64,000 nt of DNA from Octopus vulgaris (GCA_951406725.2 OX597825.1:50406001-50470000), one strand, 5' to 3'; shown: positions 47,782-61,090, counted from the stretch's first letter. Notes: generated from the letters alone by a model not told the origin. Numbers and translations: made by a program.

Positions 47782-50141
47782 TAGTGGTACCTTAACTTAT
47801 GAGTGTCTCAACTAATGAATTTTGCAGTAAACGAGCCGTCTCTCAGCCGATTTTTTGCTTTGACTAGCAAGCTAAAATTTGGATTACGAGCCAGTTTCAG
47901 ATACCCCACTGTTAGTTGGCATAGCAAACGCCACAGTGAATGCCATAACATCTGACCAGCATCCATTGTCTTACTCGATAGCTAGACAGATATGCACGTT
48001 AGCAAGTATGAAGATCATTAGTAGATTAATAGCTAGACAGACATACATGTTAGCAATTGCGAAGATCTTTAATGAGTCATTAGCGAGACAGGTGATGAAA
48101 TGCTTACTTGGTCGTTGCACTGAAACATCAGTGTTGTGCTCACAATTGTGCTTGCAGTTATTTAACAAAACTTTGTTTCTCCAACCATGGGTCTGAAGGA
48201 CAATGCTCAGAAGAAGAAGTGGCTGATGTGCATTGAATTAAAGAAAGAATTTTTTGAAAAACATGACTAAAGTGTGCACGTAGTTGACTTGACGAAGCAG
48301 TACGAGCGTAGCACTTCTATGATCTGTACCACACTGAAGCAGGAGGAGTCGATAGAGGCTATAACACCAGCTAAGGACATTAAAATAGCGGACATTTATC
48401 ATTGAAATTATGGAGAAGTTGCTGATGATGTGGTTGACATAGGAGTTTTTAATCTGTGTGAAGGTACGAGCTATTTACCCCAGGCACTTGTATGGTCAAG
48501 GCATCAGGTGAGCCGTTTAAAGCCAGTTAAGGATGGTTCAAGAATTTTAAAAAGAGGACTGGTATTCACTCTCTTGTCAGGTATGGTGAGGCAGCAAGCA
48601 CTGATATGAAGGTAGCTGTGGATTACTTAAAAACTTTTGCTGGAATTATAGCAGCCAAAGGATACATCTCCCAGCAAATCTTCATTTGTGATGAAGACAG
48701 GATATTTTTAGAAGAATATGCCAAGAAGGACATAATGGCAGAGGAGAAGAGGATGTCAGGTCACAAACCCACGAAGGATAGGCTAACCTTTGCACTGTGT
48801 GCCAATGCAAGCAACTGCAAGATTAAGCTGTTTATCATTTGGAAAACCCAAGAGCCTTTAAGTCACATAAGATTCTGAAAGAAAAACTGCAGGTTATGTG
48901 GAGGGCAAACCCCACGGCATGAGTCACCTGGCAGTTCTTTGTGGAGTGAGTGAATTTTGTCTTTGGTCCTGACATTAAGAAATATCTCCAGGAAAATAAC
49001 CTACCTTGCAAGCCCTTCTTTTCCTAGACAATGCACCTGCTCACCGACCTAACCTCAAAGATAATATCCTCAAAGAGTTCTAGTTTATAAAGGTTCTCTA
49101 CCTTCTACCCAACACCATCCCCTGTCCTGCAACCAGCAGGTGATTTCTAATTTCAAGAAGCTTTTCTCCAAGAACCTGTTCCACTACTGCTTTGAGGTAA
49201 CAGGAAGCATAAACCTCACCCATTAAGAGTTCTGGAAGAACCACTATAGCATCGTGGTATGTCTCAGAATTATCAATATGGCCTGGCAGGTTGTTACAAA
49301 GAGAACCTCAACCTCTGTGTGGAAGAAGCTGTAGCCTGAGTTTGTGTCTGAAATGGACTTTGAAAGACTCAAACCCGAATCAGCAGTGGTGGAGGAGATT
49401 GTATCCCTTGGCAAGTCCATGGGCCTGCACATGGATGAAGGTGACATCAACGAGTTCATCCAGGAGCACTCTGAGGAACTGACAAGGGAGGAGTTAAAGG
49501 AGCTACAGATGCAGCAGCACACAGAGATTTTGCAGGAAATAGGTGACACAGAGGAGGCAGAGTAGGTTATCTCTACAAGTGCGATAAAGGAAATGTTGGG
49601 AATGTGGGAGAAACTTTCAGACTTTATTCAAAAGAAACACCCTGTAAAAGTTGCAACTGGGCATGCAACAGTGCTATTTAACGACACTTGCCTAACTCAT
49701 TTCAGAAACGTTCTGAAAGGGAGGATGAAACAAACCTCAGTGGACAGGTTTTTATCAAAAACTCCTGCAGATGAAAGTGAGGAAAGCGTGGCGAAAAGGG
49801 CAAATCAGCGAATAAGATTCAGTTTAGCTTTTCTCCTCCACCTCCATCAGCATCATCAAGCTGTCTGATCCCCAAGATAAATGCTGTGCATTATACTTAA
49901 TAAAACCAGTTTATTTCAGTACATTCTATTGTATTGTTTTTTTTATATAATATCCTTTATTTATAAGTACATTTTTCTTATTTAAAAACATGTAACAAAA
50001 AAAATGTGGTGTTTTTTTTTTTTGTGGGGTTTGGAATGAATTCAATTCATTTCAATGAGGAAAATTGATTTGACATACAAGTAATTTGAGTTATGAGCTT
50101 CATCACGGAACAAATTAAACTCGTAAGTCAAGGTACCACTG
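47782..50141 (+). mobile_element. Full-length defective Tigger/pogo DNA transposon (~2.36 kb)
   Basis: TIRs TAGTGGTACCTTAACTTATGAGT / ACTCGTAAGTCAAGGTACCACTG. Confidence 0.92.
48187..49815 (+). pseudogene. Tigger-like (CENP-B HTH plus DDE) transposase pseudogene
   Basis: FKAS*GWFKNFKKR, QIFICDE, KDRLTFALCANAS, FLDNAPAH, YLLPNTI, EHSEELTREEL, KQTSVDRFL; many stops. Confidence 0.9.
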
Positions 50142-50785
50142 TGTGTGTATATATATGAACAGATCATTATCCTCATCATTTGATGTCTACTTTCCATGCT
50201 GGCATGGGTTGGACAATTTGACAGGAACTAGTGAGCTGCAAAGCTGCATCAAGTTCCAATGTCATCTTTGGTATGGTTTCCATAGATAGATGCCCTTCCA
50301 AATGTCAGCCACTTTGCAGAATGTATTAGGTGCTTTTTACTTTTTGTGCCATCAGCCCTACTAAGATTATCATGTACTTTGTAAGACAGTAAAGAACAGA
50401 GGAAAAGGAAAGGGTGACTGCTCCCACTACCAAGAGGAAGTATTTGGGAGCAGAAGGTTGAAGTGGGTGGTCATATGTCAGGTGTTGAAAGGCTACAGTA
50501 TGAGAGAGGGACAAACACAGGTGTCTTGCTATAGAAGAGATACATGGCTGAAGGAGATAAAAGGAAGGAAGTGATGGGGTGCTAGGAACAAGGTGAACAT
50601 ATGAATGGACATGGATAGTGCATTATGGGAAAGGATGAAAGAATGGATGTTTCCATAAGACGGTAAGGTGGGAGTAAACAGATGGAGGTAGATGTTGATA
50701 TAGAGAATGATGAACAGGGATTAGGTGTAGATGATGGGGAAATACCAGTATGCAGAAGGGTAACAAGGGAGAAATAGTAATATAT

Positions 50786-51175
50786 TTGCTGGAAGCACTC
50801 CGTCGGTTACGACGACGAGGGTTCCGGTTGATCCGAATCAACGGAACAGCCTGCTCGTGAAATTAACGTGTAAGTGGCTGAGCACTCCACAGACACGTGC
50901 ACCCTTAACGTAGTTCTCGGGGATATTCAGCGTGACACAGAGAGTGACAAGGCCGGCCCCTTGAAATACAGGTACAACAGAAACAGGAAGTAAGGGTGAG
51001 AGAAAGTTGTGGTGAAAGAGTACAGCAGGGATCACCACCATCCCCTGCTGGAGCCTCGTGGAGCTTTAGGTGTTTTCGCTCAATAAACACTCACAACGCT
51101 CGGTCTGGGAATCGAAACCGCGATCCTATGACCGCGAGTCCGCTGCCCTAGCCACTGGGCCATTGCGCCTCCACC
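50786..51175 (-). mobile_element. Young CpG-rich tRNA-derived SINE with TSD
   Basis: Minus-strand head GGTGGAGGCGCAATGGCCCAGTGG...GGTTTCGATTCCC; TSD AGTAATATAT at 50776-50785 and 51176-51185. Confidence 0.9.
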
Positions 51176-51237
51176 AGTAATATATAAAGTTATACAAAAA
51201 TAGCACATGTATATATGTGTGTGTAGACACACACACA

Positions 51238-51451
51238 AGGAGGTGCTGAAAAGTTGGTGATTTTGAGTAAAAGAACATACAGGAGGATCAGTTAACTACG
51301 ATTTCATTCCATATATTCCCCTCTCAGATTCACACACCTATTGCAGTGGTCCTTCAGTTTTTCTAAGCTCTGTAAAAGAACTTGCAAGGTTGGGCCTCCA
51401 ACCAGGCAGTTAGTGATACCCTTAAAGCCAGGAACTTTTCTGCACCCGTTC

Positions 51452-51452
<1 letters not shown>
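51238..51452 (-). mobile_element. mariner-derived MITE (copy of 32918-33126)
   Basis: GGTGCTGAAAAGTT...GGAACTTTTCTGCACC TIRs; interior colinear with the reverse complement of 32918-33126. Confidence 0.8.
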
Positions 51453-51490
<38 letters not shown>

Positions 51491-51533
51491 TATATATACA
51501 CCCACACACATATATATACACCCACACATATAT

Positions 51534-51568
<35 letters not shown>

Positions 51569-51589
51569 CACATACACATACATACATAT

Positions 51590-51622
<33 letters not shown>

Positions 51623-51650
51623 CACATACATATATACATACATAGATGCA

Positions 51651-51684
<34 letters not shown>

Positions 51685-51720
51685 CATACATACATACATA
51701 CACACACATATACACATGTA
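51452..51720. repeat. TA/CA/TACA compound microsatellite
   Basis: Seen directly. Confidence 0.95.
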
Positions 51721-51967
51721 TAGAATGACACAAGCATGTGTGTTACATAATTATATTACAGTTCTACATTTCACAGCTTCATTAAACAAATGCTGGACCA
51801 GAAGCAAGATTTGAAAGAAGAAATTCAATTTGGGGTTTATTTTTATGTCATCATAGTTTTGATATTTAGATAACCTTTCATTTCTTTTTAACAAAAGTCA
51901 CACAACTTGGTATTTGATCCTAATTGCTCTTAGTGTTGTGTGTGTGTGTAAGAGAAAGAGAAGGTGA

Positions 51968-51999
<32 letters not shown>

Positions 52000-52471
52000 A
52001 AATGGCCTGAAAGATCCATGATAGAGCAAATATGTCATCCACCAGTACAAGAAAAATGTAAAGAATAAAATATTTACAAAATCAATTAAATTAAAAATTG
52101 CTTTTGGCATGAAAAATTTGTGTAATGAATCTCTGAGAAATTTCAAATGTTGATATGGAAGTTAAATGATGATGATGATAATGAAGATATATATATATGT
52201 ATGTGTGTTTGTGTATGTATGTATGTATGTAGGTAGGTAGGTAGGTAGATATGTAGATAGATAGATCTTCTAACCACAGGTTATTGAATGCACTTCAACA
52301 GCATATTTGATATATATATATCATCATCATCATGAACATATACCTTTTACCTGTTACTTGCTTCAGTCACTGAGTGTCATTGAGTGTGTGTATGTGTGTA
52401 TAAACATACATGCACACACACAAGTAAGTACGTAGTTGCAAAACAATGTAGAAAAAAATGGCCATTCATCA

Positions 52472-52512
52472 ACTGCCTGATGAATGATAATGTGAAACTC
52501 TGAGTAATACTT
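52472..52512 (+). ncRNA. Degenerate hammerhead-like motif
   Basis: CTGATGA (52477)-ATGATAATGT-GAAA (52494)-CTC-T-GAG-TA; near-palindromic stem III and GUA triplet, but weak stems I and II. Confidence 0.4.
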
Positions 52513-53024
52513 TGTGAAGATTTTTTCAGATTTAATAAAATAGTGTGTATATATTATATCTTTCGGTATGATTACCCACAAGAATTGAATAAAAAACATC
52601 CACAGACAGCACCATATCTGTATTCTATACATTTCTTCCTTGGTGTAAAGGTGTATGGTGTTTGATTGGTCGGTTGGTTACTTGGTAATACAGCTATCTT
52701 CCAATAGATTTCAAGTTAACAGTTTGTAAATTTCTAAAACTGTTACCAAAACTATTATAATACCATCCTGCCAAATCTTATTCACCAACTTCTCAACCAG
52801 TTATTTTCTATCAACTTGTGATGAACTTTCAAGCAATCTCATTTTCCACAATATAAGATTAGTTTTATGTCATTACCTCATGTATATCTCAAAGATAATC
52901 ATGGTGAATTTTTTTTATGGTTTTGATGATAAGCATTAGTTTTATCAACTGAACTATCCACTTATCCTGGAACTGGGTACCAGCATCAGCAGGAGAGAAT
53001 TGTTCTTGATGTGCAAGAAATTAG

Positions 53025-54545
53025 TAGGTCACTACCCGATTGCAGCGTGGCCACATACAGCATGCAGTTACACCAAAAGATGAGCAGAAGGGGAGAACTG
53101 GAGTGACAAGATGGGAGAGGAGACTGGAGAGGATGAGAGCAGAAGACCCAGTTAGAGGGAACTGGCATGTACCCAAATCAGATAACGGGTGTAATGCTAG
53201 CAGCATCATGATAGGGTTTGTGTTGGAAATTGGAGGTATGAAAGTGGAGGATGCCACCTGGTTATGAAAAGCAGATGACTACAACTACATCAATGTCACC
53301 CAGTTGGATGCAGTGCTGAAGGGAGTGAATTTTGCCTTGAAATGGGGGTGCTGCTCCATCAAAATCCAGATAGATTTGGCTATCATGCTTGGCTTGGTAG
53401 GATCAGTGATCACTGACAAGAAGAGGGTGCAAACCAAAGGGGCTGTGGAAATGCTAGTGAAGTGCCACCTGGGGATTCTAGGGAGCTGAATTGCGAGTTT
53501 GGCTTGACGTTGAATGTGGTCTTTGTGTCTTTGGAGAGAAACAAGGCAACTGCTTTAACCAGGGTAAAAAAGGCCTGGTTAGGGGAGCCGGAAGAATCAA
53601 AGCAAGGGGTAGCTGTGGTGTGTCAGTTAAATGACTCCACAATATGCTAAAGAGGCTGCAAGCCATGCATCATATGGGCATGGATAGAACTCTGTATCTC
53701 GCCAGAAGGATTGACACTGATGTTACCAGATAGAATGTCCAAAAGATGGTCGGGAACAGCGACAGGTGTCAATCAATCAACCCCACTCCAGGTGTGCATG
53801 ATCAGGGAAACATTTCAGTAGAGCACAACTGGAGACGGCTGGCAGTGGATGTAACACACTACTGGCAGGGGACATATCTCTTGATGGCTGACTGTGAGCC
53901 AGGCCGGATGGCCATTTGGAGGGAATTAAGGGCAGGCACTGTGGATGAGATGGCATATATTCTAAATGAGGTACTCTTAGAGCAGGGACCTGTGGATGAA
54001 TTGCTGATGGACAACAGCGCAGCATTTCATTCGGAGGTGTTGAAAGAGATGCTTGACATGTGGAAAGTGCACCACTTTTTCAGAGCAGCATATAGGCCGA
54101 GTGGAAATGGGATCATGGAGAGATATCATCAAACGATCAAGGCCATGGCAGAGAGGGGACATGTCTCACTGCTGGAAGTAGTGTTCTGGTACAACATATC
54201 AGCCCGATCAGGCTAGGCCTAAGAGTCCATGCCACATACAGCGATATTCAAATATGAACGGTGACATCCAAGTAAGCCATCGAGATGCCCTGTAGAAAAG
54301 AGAGAGTCCAACTTTGTGGAGATGGGAGATGAAGTCTGGGTCAAGCCACCAGAGGCATGCTGCACAACTCAGTGGAACAGAAGAAAAGTGATGGCTGTCA
54401 ATTCCAAAAACAACATTTTTGTGGATGGAATGCTGTGTCATGTCTTGGATGTTCGTAGGATTGTCACTTTGTTGGATGATTGTGGAGAAGAGGAGAATGA
54501 GGTTCCCAGTTTAAGAAGATCACAATGTGCAAGGCACCCACCTGG
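53025..54545 (+). pseudogene. Gypsy-like LTR retrotransposon pol remnant (RNase H, integrase)
   Basis: EDPVRGNWHV...CNASS...EDATWL...INVTQLDAVLKGVNFALKWG (RNase H); HHMG...CQS (zinc finger); LAVDVTHY...LLMDNSAAF...PSGNGIMERYHQTIK (DDE integrase). Confidence 0.88.
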
Positions 54546-54610
54546 GTGGGTGGGTGGTAGATTTCGACATGGAGTAAAGTGAGGATGTGATCTTTGAGAT
54601 CAGTGGGGCA

Positions 54611-54866
54611 TGTGGGGATGAGCCAGAAGAAGAGGGCCATGACATCAATGGTCAAGGGATTGACTGGAAGAGGAAGCATGAGAATGGAAATGTGGGGGAG
54701 ACAGAAGAGGGTTGGCTTCTTCTTACCCAGAATTCACTCCCGGGTTGGTCAAATAGCAGCTGCTTATAGTGGGTGACAGGGTAGGGCAGGATCACCAGAG
54801 TGACTACTACTAGACAGGCACAGACCAGAGACGAAGGTAGGTGAACCTCTTTTCATTTCCCACGCA
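54611..54866 (+). repeat. Probable 3' LTR of the Gypsy-like element
   Basis: Purine-rich AGTGGGGCA just before TGTGGGGA; ends TCCCACGCA (TG...CA with a short TIR). Confidence 0.5.
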
Positions 54867-57800
54867 TGACAGTTAATTCAAACTATCATCATGAAGCAGT
54901 ATAAAGATCTAAAAACAAATAATTATGAGGTGAGTAAGTGACTGAACTGACTCCAAAATACTATGGCTACTTATTTTAGCAAACCTAGAAATATGCAAAT
55001 TCAAAGTTCACCAAAGCAAGATTTGATCCCAGAAGAAAGGCACAAAGTTAGATTATATTGGGTAATGTAGTTCAAAATCTACATGAAGACTAAATAGATG
55101 ATCAGGGCTATAATTTCTTTCATCATAGGTCTGTTGAATCAGTTATGATATCAAGCTAAACAAGTTTGCAGTTTTTTAATCTTCCTGTAGTAGACATTGA
55201 GGAGATAAATATTTATCAAAAGACTTTTAGAAATCCTTCTGTAAACACTTGACAACTGTTTGCAAGTCATTACCTATCTGCAGGTCAGGTTATGTAACCC
55301 ATTGATATTTTAGATTATTTACTGATTTATCTAAAACTTGTTCTTCCATTGCTTTCAAATTTCCAATTAATTTTCTGCTGTAAATTCAAAAGATTAATAT
55401 TTGGTTCCTTCTTATTTGATTGCTTCATTTTATCCCACACATTTCCAAGAAACTATTCCCCAATATTTAACCAATACTTGTTATGATTATAGAAGCTGAC
55501 GAGAACATTATAGTATCAAAACATGAAACACAGGATCACTATTAGACATCAGGAAATCTAAAACAATCTCACAAAACAAATATTAAAGTTTTAATTAGAA
55601 TATTGTTTCTTACACCAAACTAGTATACACTCAGTACTTCTTAATATGTTGTGTAACATCTTCAAATTCCATTGAGGTTGACTTTGCTTTTCATCCATTT
55701 TTGGGGCCAATAAAATGAGTACAAGTTAAACACTGGGATCAATGTAATCGAATTACCCCATCCCCAAAACTTGCTGGCCTTGTGCCAAAATTTGAAAGCA
55801 ATATGTGTAACATCAGAATACATTGGAATCATAAATAAATTGTACAAAGGCTGCATACTGCATGGAGGGAATGTATATAAGTAGTCAACTGTACGGGATA
55901 GGTATATTTTTATAACAGCCACAAGCTTCATAGCAATCATAATCAACTTCATAATAACCAGATGTAATAAAAGATCTAATTAACAAATACTCCCCACACC
56001 CTTCTATATCATTTCTTTCCAGAATGCTTTTTAGTTTCGTTTGGCATAGAGCAAGAGGTTGTGGAGATGGCATTCACAGTCACTATGAGGTAGGAGTTGT
56101 TCCTATGGCTTTCACAGTCTTCTGTGATAGAAGTGGGATCTTTCTTTAATAGTTGCATGATGACAGTGGTATGAAAAAGAGGTGCCATGAATGAGTTCCT
56201 GGAGAACTGACTTTATGAAAGCTACCTTATTGGAGATGATGAAGGAATGATTACCATATTGTTGGTGATGAAGAAAGGATTGTCATATTAGAGGTGATGA
56301 AACAAAGAAAGAGATTTAAAGTGTGGAGAAGGTTACTGTTAACAGCTGTCTCTACTTTTGATAAACTGGAAGAGGATGAAAGTTGACAGGTCAGATAGGC
56401 ATAAGTTTCCCTTGCAAGTATTCACTGACAGAAGTTCAATCTAAACATCAATAACATCAAACTTAGAAGTCTCATACAGTCTGTCTCTACCATTTCCAAC
56501 CATTACATGGCAACAATAATGGGGTAATTGAATACTAAACTAAGGAATATACAAAGAACTGGATATGAATGCTCAGTATACTTGGAATATACACTTGTGT
56601 AAGAGTATCAGAAAAGATGAAATTGGGAGAACTAAGATTAATTAAAATAATTGAAACTATCATTTTCAACCTTTGGTCTATTCAGTTAGCAGCAAAGACT
56701 CAACAAAACACAAAAAGTGGATCTGAACCAGTAACCAAGCTATTAGTAAGTAATGGACTAAAAAACTGGTTACAGTTTATAATTTTATCTCGATTCAGCA
56801 GTTGAGCTCTGCTGTTGATGCCACTTTCTTCTCTGCAACCAGTAAGCAGAGATATTTGAACCCTGGACCTATTCAATATGAATGCCATCAAGATGCACAG
56901 CAGCAGAACAACTGTTAGAACTTTTATCTTGAACATGTTGATCCTGAGAATATAAAGCCAAGCAAAGTGGACAATGTTGTACAAGATATCCATAGCTTCA
57001 GTCACAGATCTGTTGGTGTTGAACTGTACACCCCTTTGTTTATTTTCATCCCTTTGATGGAGTGTCCGGAAGAATTCCAGCATCTCCCAAAGGACCAAGG
57101 TCCATCTTTCCATGGATTGGAAAGCTTGGAATAACATCATCAACAGAGTCTAACATCCAGTGGCACCCACAGCTGCATATTAGTTGAGAGAACAGCTTCT
57201 CCATCTGGTTGCCAGCTAGGGATTTTACTTACTAGATTTTATCACATTACAAACCACCAGTCAAGATGACTTAATAATATTCATATTACCAGGTCATTAT
57301 CTTTACCCTCCATAACCCCTACTCACCACATCACATACCTTTCCACATTACATTTCTAACCCATGATGGTTGTCATCCACATCATCAAAGTCATTACACA
57401 CAACAACCTTTATACCCTAAAGGCTTTACCCACCACACCAAAATCCTTAACCAACACCCAACAGTCTTAACCCTAAATCTTAGTCTTACACCCAACAGTC
57501 CTTAATCAACATCCAACAGTGGTTACCCAGGAACTCACAGTCCTCACCCAATCCCACCACACAAAAGTCCAGCAGAGACAGAATCCTTCAAGAACTTATT
57601 AATGTCGACACACTGTGTTATCAATATGAAACATAGTTGAATAGAGAAGATTAGTATTGATCATTTTAGAATCAGAAGACATACTGGATTACAGGAATCA
57701 CACACACACACAATATTCCTTTAGGCACACATGCACAATACACACCATTACTACTACTACTACACACACACACACAAAGTTTCTAAAAATATCGTGAAAA

Positions 57801-59684
57801 CATACTCAGTACCATAAAACTGTTATCTAAAGAATGCTAGAACTCATCTAGACAAATGATGCCAACACTGCAACATACCATGTTCTGATAAGTATTTGTA
57901 CTCTATTGATTACTGTGGAGAATGCAAGAAAGAAGGAGAGGTAGGAGAGAAAAGTGGAAGAAAGGCAGGAAGAACAGACAGAGAGAAGGATAGAGAGAGA
58001 AAGAGACAGACAGAGAGTTGAGTAAGATAACTATATCCAGTTTGGTTTCCAAATTTTCACTTGTTCTTCACATGTGTGTGAATTTATATTTAGACACACA
58101 CACACATTCATACACTCACACAAATATATAGACACGCTCATCTCCATGCCTGAACATATGAACATATGTATGTGTCTGTATGTGTATATATTCTCTCTTT
58201 GAATTATTCATGTCCATATCAAAATAAACATGCATGCACCAGTGATTTGAAGCTGTTTACTTCTTTTCAGTGTGAAAAACGTATCATGTTGTTGTGTAAA
58301 ATGCTCCCCTCCCTGGGGCCTTCATCTGAAGTCACTAGCAACTTTGTAAAGCAATAAATACATGCTATCTCCTCTGAAGAAATCATACAACAAAACATTG
58401 ATATTCATGAAGACTACTTTCACAGAAATATGCTAATAGCACAAGTGTAGCAAGAGAATGGCTTTTAAACAATGTGCATGGAGCAGCTTCAATAAATATA
58501 GTACAGTAGGTCACACAGACAACACAAGTTCAATTCTAGTCTAGGGAACAAAAATAAAATTTCATCTCATTAACTGTATTAATTATTCTGAAATGATATT
58601 ATTCTACATTCTTAGATCCACACCAGCCTTTCCTACCACCACAGTTTTAAAGGGATATGTGTGGTTGAACTCAGTATATTGGTATATTTTTAACTAGAAA
58701 CAAAATAGAAACATTCAGTTTTCAATAAAGAGACATCTTCACTGAAATGACAACCAAAATATTACTGGTACTATTTTATGAGCCCGTCCCCTCATACATG
58801 CAATATACAGTGACTAAAAACTGATTAAATACAACACAACTTGAACAGTGCTTAAAAACAGGTGAAATACTACACACAGTATATGATGACTATTGACAGA
58901 CTACAACACATTATAATAACAAAATAAAATAATATAATTAAAACATTAGGATCTACATAAAGATAAAAATATTGCTTTTAATATTTACATTTCAGCTGCC
59001 ACTACCAGTGACTACTGATGGTATAATGAAACATTCATTTCATTCTGTTTACATGGGTTGGAAGAGCCTTATCCAAAATAGCAGCTCCCCATTCGTTTGT
59101 CAGCTCCTCTAGCTAGAAATATTAACAATGTGAACTAAATATTCACCAACTATTTGTAGTCCTTGATTTTCCTTTCCTAAAAGTCCTTCCCCATGGATTA
59201 CTTCATATTTCTTTATCCAACTGTTATCCTCCATGCAGTCCCTTTTCTCTACATCTGATTCCTCTTAAACTCAGATTATCTCTAAACTTATTAATACATT
59301 GTTGTTCATTTACACTAATATTGCATATCCAGGGAAGCATTTTCCCCTCATTTCTATTCAACCTCTACACATTCTCTGTATTGAATGCACATGCAGCTGC
59401 ATAATTCATAAATATAAATCACACAATTTGCCCTTCACCTACAACGAGAATTTCTTTGTGCCAACAGAGCTAATAGCTCCCTGGACATTTTCCATTCCAT
59501 TCTTTCTCTGGCTACAGTTGCTGACAGATCACCTACCTACATTGCTAATTAGGTCATTTTGGTAATAGAAACTATCAACAACTTCTATGGATTGAGCAAA
59601 GCATTTGTAAAGAATTTATATAGTACTTCCAAATATCATGTGTTTCCCAGTTTTTATAATAGGTACACTGTATCATTGTAAATT

Positions 59685-59890
59685 GGTTTCAAATTTTGGC
59701 ATAAGGCCAGCCATTTTTGTGGGTGAAGGTAAGTTGATTACATCAACACCAGTGCTCAACTGGTACTTATATTATCAACTCCGAAAGGATGAAAGGCAAT
59801 GCTGAGCTCGGCAGACTTTGAACTCAGAATGTAAAGACACACAAAATTCCACAAAGTGTGGTAATGATTCTGCCAGCTTACTGCCTTACT
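59685..59890 (-). mobile_element. SINE (47217-type head with a different tail)
   Basis: CTGGTACTTATATTATCAACTCCGAAAGGATGAAAGGC...TTTGAACTCAGAATG...TTCTGCCAGCTTACTGCC; related copy at ~55660-55800(+). Confidence 0.75.
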
Positions 59891-60852
59891 ATATCTCTAA
59901 AGTGTAAGGATCTAAAAGGGTTGGTATCAGGAATAGCACCCAGACATTGCTTCTAAAAGTACTGTCCAATTCATGCATTTATGGAAAAGTGTATATAAAA
60001 TTAATGAGGATGATGAATGATGTCTTGTACAGTTAACTACTTCTGTGCATCTGAAGTTCTTCTCTATCAGTCTGACTGCTATTTCACTGCAAATCCTACA
60101 CACCTATCATTTACACTGTGTTTCTATTTACTTCATTATTGCATATCAATTATGACCACTTCCTAGATGGCAAATAGTGCCCTGCCTTATCTCTTGCCAT
60201 CCAAAATTTTTACTTTTCTTAGGTTCCCTTTAAGACTTCTTGAATTCTAGTATTTACTTATATAACTGGAATTTCTCCTCTAATTCTTCATCAGATTCAG
60301 CTATAGCAACTCCCTCCTTCATTTAATTCTTTCATGGGCAGCTGGTCTTAAACTTGCAATGGCCAAGAGAACTATAATACATAGGAAGAGGGTGAGAGTC
60401 TAGCAGATGTGTATAACTAAAAGCAGAAGGAGATACAGATACTGGAGATAACTGGAAGTTTCTACAAGACAAGCCAGCTGTGTGGCACACTGGATCTATG
60501 GCTAGAACAAGATTCCAGCCAGATGGAAGAGAATTAATAGTGAAATAGTACAACAGTACAAGAGAGAGAGAGAGAGAGCCATAAAAGCAATGTGACAGGT
60601 CAGCAAATATTGGAAGAAAGAATCAAAAGGACAAAAACCAGTATCAGGTAGAGAAAAGCATGACATTAGGTATACATACTGCAGTTATGTTTCTGCTAAG
60701 CTTTGGACCATTGCATCTAGAGCCACAGCCTACTATACTACCATAAAAGATAAAGCCAGTTTTGAAAAATTAATTGTGTCATCATAAAAAGCATTGATGC
60801 CTTCACAAACAAGGATCAGCCAATCAGATGGGCTGGAGTTTAACCAAGTAGA

Positions 60853-61056
60853 CTGGCCATATCCGGCCAAAATATTCTACCTATTTTATGTTCAAACTAG
60901 TCAGATATGGTCATTCATAGCTATCTTATTGTGTCATTTTCAAAATAAACAATCACATCATTGAAATCTCAAAGCCATGAAATGATGCAAGATTAATTTT
61001 ACATGGTGTGAATACATAAGCTTTACATTTTACAGAATAATCTGAATGCTAAAGGG
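60853..61056. mobile_element. piggyBac-type MITE with only one intact terminus
   Basis: Right end TCTGAATGCTAAAGGG followed by TTAA (61057-61060); the left end lacks the matching CCCTTTAGCATT. Confidence 0.6.
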
Positions 61057-61090
61057 TTAACCAAGTAGACTGAAATATTCCAGCCAAATG

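Noticed and set aside
56700-57143. 147-aa minus-strand ORF as a host exon or LINE fragment
   Set aside because: No motif recognised with confidence and no splice evidence.
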